NCBI RefSeq assembly: GCF_040938485.1 | Contig: NW_027270922.1 | Span: 124,001 to 188,000, forward strand | Direction: 5' to 3' | Source: Diadema antillarum | Taxonomy: Eukaryota | Length of the DNA: 64,000 nucleotides | In this document: positions 1 through 10,000 of the stretch, piece after piece | How positions within the stretch are numbered: the first letter of the stretch is position 1 | How the letters are laid out: each line of letters starts with the position of its first letter | Notes under the pieces: model-generated | The model's input: only the letters and a program-made list of their open reading frames with translations | Told to the model about the DNA's origin: nothing | Database searches by the model: none | Program-made: the position numbers and the translations under genes

Positions 1-9
1 CAAGAATAG

Positions 10-110
10 ATATATAATGTACTCTTAAATGAATCCCACAAGGATTGGAACAATCGTCCCTCAGCATTCCCACTGATTCCCACTGATCAGTTATTAGCCA
101 TCCCCTTTAA
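10..110. mobile_element. End of an interspersed repeat shared with 36678-36778 (terminus CCCCT+TTAA, possibly Kolobok-like)
   Basis: GAATCCCACAAG..TTGGAAC..CAGCATTCCCACTGA..GTTATTAGCCATCCCCTTTAAA occurs at both places. Confidence 0.45.
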
Positions 111-224
111 ACTAAGAAGTTATGATTTTCTAAGTGTAATCAATCAAGCACAAGTTGGCAACTCCGTGATGTATCATGTAAGCTATAACTTCCTGTCCCT
201 GTTCTGTCCGGTTCAGAACGCGAC

Positions 225-575
225 ATGATGAAGATGAATTATAATGTTGATAATGATAACAGTAGTCAAAATAATAATACAAATATATACTTATTGATAG
301 CAATAATGATAATCATACTACTACTACGCATAATGATGACAATAGTGATGATGATGATGATAATAATAATGATGATAATATTACTTATAATAGTAATATC
401 AATAATAATAAGAATAATGATAATAGCAATAATGATTATAATTATAATCATAATGATGATAATATTAATTATAATAGTAATATCAATAATAATAAGAATA
501 ATGATAACAATGATAATTATAATCATAATGATGATAATAATAATAATGATAATAGTAATGACGATAATAACCATT
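225..575. repeat. Degenerate (ATA/ATG)n trinucleotide repeat
   Basis: About 350 bp of ATA/ATG/ATC/GTA triplets; source of the Ile/Met-rich spurious ORFs. Confidence 0.95.
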
Positions 576-698
576 ATTAAAGGTAGTATACTGGAGTCAT
601 CACATTCAAAGTTCTTGTTTGCAGTGAGGGTATCATCATCTGGTCAAGGCAGTGTCATTGAATCTAATGACACATGAAGTTCTTCAAATATTCGTCAG

Positions 699-1058
699 CA
701 GGAACGGACGCCCTCACAGTGTCAACTTCCATTCAAGGCCAAGGGGTCGTGGGGTTCACTGTGGTTATTAACTGCAAGTATGATCCACCGTCCAGCCATG
801 ATGCAATGAACGATAACCTGAGGTGGTTTGTTAATCAAACGGAGCTGGTAAGTTGCAAATTTGATGCAGCTTCGAATAAACCACGGTGTGACTCAAAGAC
901 GAACAGTTCAAAGTACTCATTTACCGCTAATGGCCTTTGTTGTGGGAGTATTACCATAAAGCGACTTACCGAAGACGACGAAAATACGTACACCTGCCTC
1001 GTAACCACCAGCGCTGGCATCAGTACCAGTAGGGTCATTCTCAACATCACACATCCCA
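699..1058 (+). CDS. Gene A exon: V-type Ig domain
   Basis: CAGCAG acceptor (start 699 or 702), A|GTAAGT donor; INCKY...LRWF...DENTYTC gives the canonical Ig Cys-Trp-Cys and DxxxYxC. Confidence 0.9.
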
Positions 1059-4000
1059 GTAAGTCTACCATTATTAGGTGGTGGCTAATTTTGCAAAACG
1101 ATGTGTGCTTTCAGTCAAAGTGTCAGAGCAATCAAGAGCGAACTGAACCTCGAGTTGGGGTTGAGCACTCCCAAAGTAAACCATGTCAGACATAACCGCG
1201 CCGCATCGAGTTTGTTTCACTATTGCCACATGCACCTGTTAAGGAGGATAGGGGGAAAAACATATAAATTACAAAATGAATCATTGCAACTTTTGTTGTC
1301 ATTAATCTTGCCTAACATAAAACGATAATGTATTTGTATATATATTTTATTGTAATTCAAGACATTTCACACTAAAACACAAAATGTGAAGTACTCAATC
1401 TGCCCCATATGAAACAAAGGAAAACCACAAATTCTTTTTCACATGTACAGAGACGCCAGGGTCATAGAGTTAGTAGCTGGGGGTGAGATGTAAGGGTCGA
1501 TCAATGTAGTGGGCGAAGTTGTATATCGCATCGTCTGGTGCAGGAATAGTAACTCAGTATTTTGACTTATTCTGATTTACAATGTGCTTTCCCCTGCTGG
1601 GGGGGGGGGGGGGTGTTTTGCCCTGCTTTTGCTATGGACTAGTAATAAAACGCTTGTCGTTCGTGTGAGCGTAAGTCCCCTAAAGCGCGAGTCTCACGCC
1701 TAGAAATGCATGAGACTTGATAGGTCTCCATGTATAGGCCTCCCTAGAGATACGATAGTGTATCCAGTATACAATCCTGAAATACAAGCACCATAATTAA
1801 AAATAATATTCCATCAATAGGATTAAACATATGAAACTCAATATATGGGATATTCACACACAAAAATGTGCTTTTCTTTCCTCATTCTTTTTTTTCCCAT
1901 GAATTTCCCATTCGAAGACCCTTTATACAAAGCTATAAGTCAGATACATGTATAATCTCACATGAGCGAAGCGTGAGGTACCCTTGCGGGACATTTTAGA
2001 AAAATGAGACTGCATGCTCCCGGCGAGATAGAAAAATCAGTCTGTTTTCTTCGGAGTTTTACATTTCATTTATCTATGTATTGTGACATCTGCGAGGCAT
2101 TCCTTGGAGCCAGAGGTAGTCTAAGCGGAACAAAACCCCGATGGTTTATACAGATTGATCTTTCGGTCTGTCTACTGGCCTGAACCGGTCCACGGTTAAT
2201 GTGGCAAGATTTGGATTGCTCTTGTTCGATCTAGTACAGTTCTTTTTATTTGGGACTGATGATTCCAGTTAATGTCCAACGTCGACATGGTTCATTTTGG
2301 GTGTCAAATGCCACACGATGATCATTACCAGTGAACAGTGAACAGTTATTGAACAGTAAACTTCACGTTATTGATGTGTGAGGCAAACACGTGCCTTGAT
2401 CTTCTGTTTAAACTCTTTGCATAATAGTGAATATCACATTTACATTCTTTACTTCGCGTAGCTCTTACTTTAGATGTATAAAAACAGTTGATCGATCTAG
2501 GAATCGCCTCTTCATTGTAGCAATCTTTGTGACTTGGTCTTTCATAAATTCGAGAAGTTATTGCATGAATTGCGCATTAATTTGATGTGAACGTTTTGTT
2601 TTATCACACCATAGACATGATAGAGAGTAGCTAGAGCATGCACTCATCTTTCTCCTAGATTTATTTGACATACAGCTTGCATCACCACCTGTCATGAAGT
2701 ATGGAGGCAATGAAAAGTATGTATTTTTTTCTATCAAAGGATTTGATACTCTATTATTTCCTGTGGTGCTTTTTGTCTTGGAATAAGTGAAAGGTATACC
2801 CGAGGAAAGGTATAACTTCATTGTCAAAAATCTTTTATGCATGTGCAGCTTTCTGTTTCACTTTGTCTCAACAACTCAAGAGCACATAGACATACCGCAG
2901 TTATATCCATCTATTTTGTATACCATTTCCCCTGATTACAAATGCGCTTAATGACCAGTTACACATTTTGCCTTTTTCATTGCTTGTACTTCTTCTTTTG
3001 TGTGTGTGTGTTTTTAGGTGATACGAGTATCCTCTCGGATCACCTTCTGTTTTTGTACGGATTCTTTCTTCTTTTTCTTCTTATTTCTCCGCAAAAGTTG
3101 TGCAGCGGTTAGCTCAGAAAGTGCTTGGTCTATTAAATTCAAACTTATACCACATGTATCATGTCCCAAAGACGACAGATCTAGTTAATGTTTTGTTTTT
3201 GCTTAAAAACAGCAAGATTGCCAGATACCGTGAAACTGACTGGTACTGACAACCTCCAAGTTAACCTATCTCAGGAGATCTCGTGCGCTTCTGTGCGCAG
3301 CTACCCTGCCCCGACTTTTCGCTGGTACATTGATACCCGAGAAGTCACTGCTGACGCCGAAACCCTCCCACCTGAGACCGATGGGCAGGGTGCGCGTGGA
3401 GGGGTCGTCAACGCAACGAGTATACTCACATACAGGCCTTCTCGAGAGGACCACGGGAGAACCCTGGTTTGCACGCTGAGTCTTTCCCTCTCGCCTTCCA
3501 AACTGACTTTTGTGAATTCTTCTGCAATCCTGGAAATTCACGGTTAGTCTGCAAAGCATTCTCCTCAATTTTCATAACTGTATCATTCTATTTGATTAGA
3601 CTTTCATTTTTATTATAACATGAAAATATACACCAGCTGCACACGGTGCAGTATACGAAATGAGACTATTACAAAGTAGACCTATATTACAGCATTTCTC
3701 TACAAATTTGTGAACCACCTTTTTTCGTATACAGTGTACTTGAGAGAAAAAAACAACAGTATAGGTTGATAAAACCGCAACGTTCTGTTTTAAAGAGAGA
3801 AGAAAGAGAAAAAAGTGAAAACGTAAGTGAACACAAATGCAAAAATAAACTGCAATGCGTAAATAAGAAAATTGTATATGATATGACTGCTTGATCTGAA
3901 TGAAGGCCTAAACATGCGGGTTCCCCAACCACTCTATACGGAAGAGCTTGCCGTGATTGTTGTGTCCTTTCTTAATTTACCGGTTATGAAAGTTATGAAC

Positions 4001-7000
4001 AAAGTGTGGGGCATGCTGAAGTATCTTTCAAGATGATTAATATCATACTTGTCTTAGAAGAGACTATAAGTATTAATATCATCAAAACATCTATCTTATC
4101 ATCCTCGAAATCCTTGTTCCTGATTCCTGGAACCCGCGATTACACAATATTTGCTTTTCCGGTTCCTTCATATTTCACATCTTAATTAGTATAGTGTTTT
4201 ATGTTGATATCGTACGATTACACACTTTCTTATCATGATCCACTGCATAATCTTACTTGTTTGCACTTTTTTGTTTAGTATATGTATGACATCAAAGTCA
4301 AGTGAAATATGGACATAAATGTGCTGGAACTGTCCACTGAGTCTCGAGTGTCAGACCGGTGAAGTTTTAGTAATTCAGCAATTCAATTCAAATCCACTGT
4401 GTGTCTGAAATCAAACATACTATTCTTTTCTGCCATAATCATGATAATGTTGTCGTTGCTGTTGCTGTTGCTGTTGTAATTGCAGGTTTTACCTCTATGT
4501 GAGTTCTAGCATAATGACTGTATACCCTCCCTTCTTGTAGATCCACCGTTAATATTTGACCCACAAGCCTCGACCAACTGGAGCGGTGAGAGTTGTACCG
4601 CCTCTCTGTCGTGCTCGTCAGTCTCTAACCCAACAGCTAATCACTTCCGCTGGGTCAAGGTTGGAGCAGAACGCATCTCTAACTCAAATCGGACTCGTCA
4701 CTTCATTCATGCTCCTGGAGGACTGGATGACAACGAGAGAATCGGAACACTTCTCATCGAGGACGTCCAGGCCTCCGACTACGGCTCGTATCAGTGCATA
4801 GCCTATGACGAGGACGGAGGGCGAAATTTGACGAGTGCGACGCTATCTCTTCTTAAACCCAGTAAGCGTATAGTATACAAATATACTTGGCCTTGAGAGT
4901 TTCTTGTTAAAACTATGGGCAGAGGTGACTCCAAACTAGTACTATTCACTGAGGGGCGCAGCCCCGAAGTGAATAGTACTAGTTTGGAGTCACCGAGGCC
5001 CATAGTTTTAACAAGAAACTCGAAACTAGGCAAAGTATATTTGTTTTATATTTTGGATCAAAAATTTGAATAAAAAGTGAAAATCATTATAGGCTTAGCC
5101 TAACCCGGGACGCTCCGTGTACACAGTTACACTGCAACACTGCGTGTTGTTACGTTGGGGCTGGTCGCAGTTCGGCTTAGCCGCACTGCGGCGGCAGCGC
5201 AGCGCCTGCAATACGCAACAGTGCGAGAGACCGGAAATTGAAAAACGTAGCAGCCGTGGCACCGCCAGAGTTGCCCGTCGCATGTATCCAAGCGCTCGTA
5301 TGGCCGCTGCAAACCTGAACACTAGAATTCGGGACCGGACGTGGACGGCCCACGTACACTTGATTGTAAAGGAAGGGTGATTGTGACATCATTTTGCAAA
5401 TAGTATATACTATTTGCAAAATGTCGTCACAAAAGTGACGTCATTTTGCAAATAGTACTTCATGGAGTGTCAAACACACCAACATTCTAAAATAGTTCAA
5501 AATACCTATAATCACGTGAAGCTCTTTTAACCAATCAATGGAAGACAATTTTTTGATCCAAAATATAATTATAAATAGAGTGGGTTGGGGAGGTTAAAGT
5601 GAAAGGGGAGGGGTCATGAGAAATTGTCCAACTCGAGTTTCTACAGATTTCTTCCTTGTGTATACTGATGCTGCTGTTACTGCCTTATCCTAATTCATGT
5701 CCGAGATCTTTTTCTTTTCTTCTTTTTTTTTTTGATCAATGAAATAATAGACTGGAGTAGGCCCATTTAGTAACATGAGGTTAAGCTTGTATTCTGAACT
5801 AATTAATCAGGATCGTCACCGACAACACTGCTTGCCCGAGTATCGCCCTATACCTGATGATTATAACGATAGCTAATGCACGGGTACTGCACTCAATAAA
5901 TTGAATGAAGTAATTTTAAGTGTATTTTGTATAGAAATAGATGACTGTAAGACTACCTGTTGTTTAATCCTGAAAGGGAAAATATAAAATAATCCTGGAA
6001 AAAAGTATTCTCCGTTACTGGTATTATCTACAACAAAAGGGAAGATGTATGGGTGGGACTTCGTGCTTGTCACAATCAAAATATGATCAGAACTGATTAT
6101 AAAATATCATCATCATTAATAGTACATTATATACATTATATCACATCACCAATGATGAAATATCACAATTAATTCTTCGCAGCAATCGCTGTATTTTCTA
6201 TAGAGCATATATGAATATACATATAATTATTTTGATTGTTATATATGATTTCCCATATACCAGGCAAGTCATACCCATCAAACATCACGACCTATCCAAA
6301 CAGAGCGACATCATCATCCATATATGTTGCTTGGCCACCAAACCATAATGACAGCATGAATGGCACTTGTAGAGTAGAATGCTGCCCTGACAATACGTCA
6401 GAGGAGGACTGCAAGACCACCACCAGTGCATCAGGTGCAAATACCACCTTGACCGGACTCCAGTCATTCACCTGGTATCGACTGAGTCTTAACTGTTCAA
6501 GCTGCGCTGGTTCCCTCAGCAGTCAATCCCTACTGGCATCGACAGCTCGTAAGGGTGATATTTAAGTTTTGGTTACCACACATTGAGAATCAAAGAATAC
6601 TTATGTCTTAGTATGAGATATAATTTTTTTTTTATTCTAAACCGTATAGGTCACTCTCTGTTACTTTGATATATCATATATTACCACCTATTTTATCTGA
6701 AACGATTCCCAAGCCTTTTCGTATCTAAGAGCAAATTTTAAGGTTATTTAATAATCATATATGGATAGCTCTTTCTCCCACTCTGTCCCTTGTATGTAAG
6801 TGTTCTATCTTTATTCTCAGTACTCAATATACATGATTATGATATGGTAGCTGCGATCTTCATAAATATTTTGCTGTATACAGTTTTGATAATCTAATCC
6901 AGTTTATTCATGTATATGCAGAATGTGGCATATGCAGAATCATGTGATAACTATGAGAAGATAAACATTAACAGGATTCTGTACCTCTGGCAATTACGAG

Positions 7001-10000
7001 AGTCTTGGGTAACCTGTACTTTACCAGCTATGCTTCCATGATTATTTGCTGTATAATATATCTCACTGAAACACAATGAGAAATTTCTGTCACTTAAAAA
7101 AAGTGTTGTAATAACATTTTGTAAGTATTTCTATGAATGTTTTGTAAATGTCCATTTGTATATCAATTATCAGGAGGAAATAGATGATCCAAATCAAATC
7201 AGTAATACTTAATTTATGTAATAGTATTTCATGAGAGTAGCATCGTTTGCAGTTTACTAAACGGTTTATACTTTAACATGTTTGATAGGAACTGAAAACG
7301 AAAGAAAATTAAATCTCAAAATGAATGAAGTCAGTGTAAAAAAAAGGTAACCACTTGAAAGTGATGACTGTGTTGAGGATTATCAACGCATGGATTGTTT
7401 ATAAAACAACCATTCTCAAAACGATTTCATACAAAGCAAACGTGTGTAAGTCATTGTAAGTGTTATGAGGCGATAAGACCATCAAGTTTTACTTTTTTTA
7501 TGCATGTGGTCATTATGGCCACTTTTGTGGTCAACATGGTCAACATGGCCACTAGGACTATTTCATGACAAGCATGTCAAAAAGATGTTCGAACTAATTT
7601 CTTCTCTTCCCGCTTTTTCCCATTTGTTTCTTGATCGTGATCAAGCCTTGCCACCTTTTGACTATGGTAAGTGATTTCATCGCTTTTAAAGGGCAATCTT
7701 TTTTTATTGGGGGGGGGGGGAGGGGGACAATCCATCCGAGCATTCCTTTGAAATATGAGATTAGCATTTTTGCAGTATGATATTTCATTCCAAAGAAAAG
7801 TACAGTGATGATAGTAATGCATTCTTATACCCTCGTGACTAAATGATTTGATTGCAATGCAACTGTAAGCATGATTGTCTAAATAAAACCCAGCAAAATG
7901 CGTGAAAATATTCATTGCCAGGCTTACAGGAGCATGAGCCGCGGTTGTATTTCCTCCTTACAGTAACACTGCCAGAGAACATTGGAGAATGGTGCAGTTT
8001 CTGGTTATTTCTTACTCTGGTATACATAGGGTCTGTTCATACTTCTTCTCATCTAATGCATGACTTCCGGCCAAGCATATTGTCTTTTCTTCTTCTTTTT
8101 TTATTCCCCTTCGTTTTATGTTGATGGCAACTCAATATTACAATATCATCGTTGACAGTTACACAATAGACACAAGCACAATCCGAGACTACACCTCAGT
8201 TCGTCTGCATTTAATAGTCTATAGCAGATGTCGTGATTATGGTTCCGTCAGACATAGAAACATTTCCGCTTCAATAAATCACAATCCGCTGTGATTTGCG
8301 GAAACTCTCTTGACCACTTGAGACGAAAGAAAGATAATGTATCGTGAAGAAAGAGTATGAAGCACGTGTATTGAAGACTCACAGTTTCGACTCTCTTGTT
8401 TACACATTGCGTGATAAGAATGAATGAAATCGATTGAATGCAGAAGTGGGAGAGTTGAGAGGTATCGTGACCGAATGCCCTGATCTCTGTTAGTTTGAAA
8501 GGACACAAAAAACCCACATGCATTCTCACATGCATACTAGCACATGCAATTACACGACACATACACGCAGTACATAATTTTTATGCTAAAATGAATGTTT
8601 TATATGCACATGCACCGGTTTGTGTATGTCTTGCGTGTGTGTGCATGCGTGCGTGAAAGATAGAATATCTTTTTTTTTTCAGTCTGCTTGTATACATTTT
8701 TCCTGTATCTATGTAGGAAAAACACGACACCATACAAAAACGTCCTTACTAATTAGAAACAACCTAATATGCACTTAATACATAGCTGCACAATTTTTTA
8801 AAACTTTTTTTCAAACTTCTAATTTACAGAGCATGTACCTCTTATCTCTTAAAGAAGAAAGACCTGCAGACAAGTTGCCCTTGTGATATTAGATACATCT
8901 AACTTGTTTCCCAAACCCGGAAATTCTATTATATGCAGTCAGTCGGATCAATTGCGAAAAACATTTAAAACTTCTTCTTTTGTGTTATTTTCTCTCTTTT
9001 TTTCAAGGCATCAAGCTTGAGTACGACCTGCCAAATGAAACTCTGAAATTATCAAAATCTTGGTATAATCTCACCGTGCCCGACGAGATTTGCTTCAAGC
9101 CTGTCGAGACTTTAGATCCTGCAGACTACTGTTTGAGAAACAATGACCAATGCGTTTCGGTTGGCTCCACTCTGCACAATGTGGTTCCCCTGAAGAGTGG
9201 GCTTGTAGGTGTCGTCAGCTACGGTCGGCAAACTTGCAGCGTCCCGTCTTTCGTGAAATATGAAAAAGGTTTGTTGATCACCATCGGAACAGCTTCACAA
9301 CCAGTCTAACACCAGTTTAACAAATTGGACCCATATGAGCCATAACACACATCAGTACTAAAGATAGAAGAATAAATGTCGTTGGCATGACCAGTTTGCA
9401 TGTGGCGGGTGAGAACTAGATATCTCTGGATGAAGACTCGATAATTACCTCCATGAACTCCACCCAGGGTTATTCATGTTTCATTTTAAAAAGTCGCTTA
9501 GTTTAAAGATGATATCTGCAACAGTTTGCAAAAGTTGTAAAAATCATCAGAAATCACCGCGTGAAAAATATCATTAGCTATTTCAATGAAAGTGATAGAT
9601 ATGCAAATTTGGAAGCAAAAACATTATTCATTCTCGGAGTGGATCTTAATCTGTTCTAAGGTTTTGAAATGACTGACCAGGGCCCTGTTTTATGAAGAGA
9701 TATAATTGATTATATAGTTGATATCTATCATAAGTCTGTGGCAGCCTGTGTGGTAAGGAAACTTATAATCGATTGTATCTTTTGATAAAACGGGGCCCAG
9801 ACTAAATATTTTTAACAGCCTCTTCATGAGAGATTTTCAAATTCTAATTAACGTTGTATAAACAAGACCCATGCAACAGGCAATGTATTATGATTTCCGT
9901 GAGCAATTATTCTTGCGTTCAGGGACATATGCATTATTTTGTAGTAATGCCCATGAATAATCTTGAACTCCACCAAAACATGTTAATATTGTATGAAGTT

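Noticed and set aside
225-677. 150-aa Ile/Met-rich ORF (and antisense ORF 266-574)
   Set aside because: Translation of an ATA/ATG repeat in intron 1; no counterpart ORF in paralogs.
835-1071. Antisense ORFs overlapping Ig/FN3 exons (also 3266, 20232, 23707, 40376, 43121, 57081, 60827)
   Set aside because: Shadow frames of the real + strand exons; recurrence reflects paralogy only.
6549-6556. Later FN3 donor G|GTGATA after ARK
   Set aside because: Present only in A and B; the earlier C|GTAAGG is in phase and conserved in all four copies.
7915-8130. Hydrophobic ORF in a block shared by all four copies, as a possible alternative terminal/TM exon
   Set aside because: Indels put the homologous blocks in B (27582-27833) and C (45605-45811) in different frames; consistent with duplicated intron.
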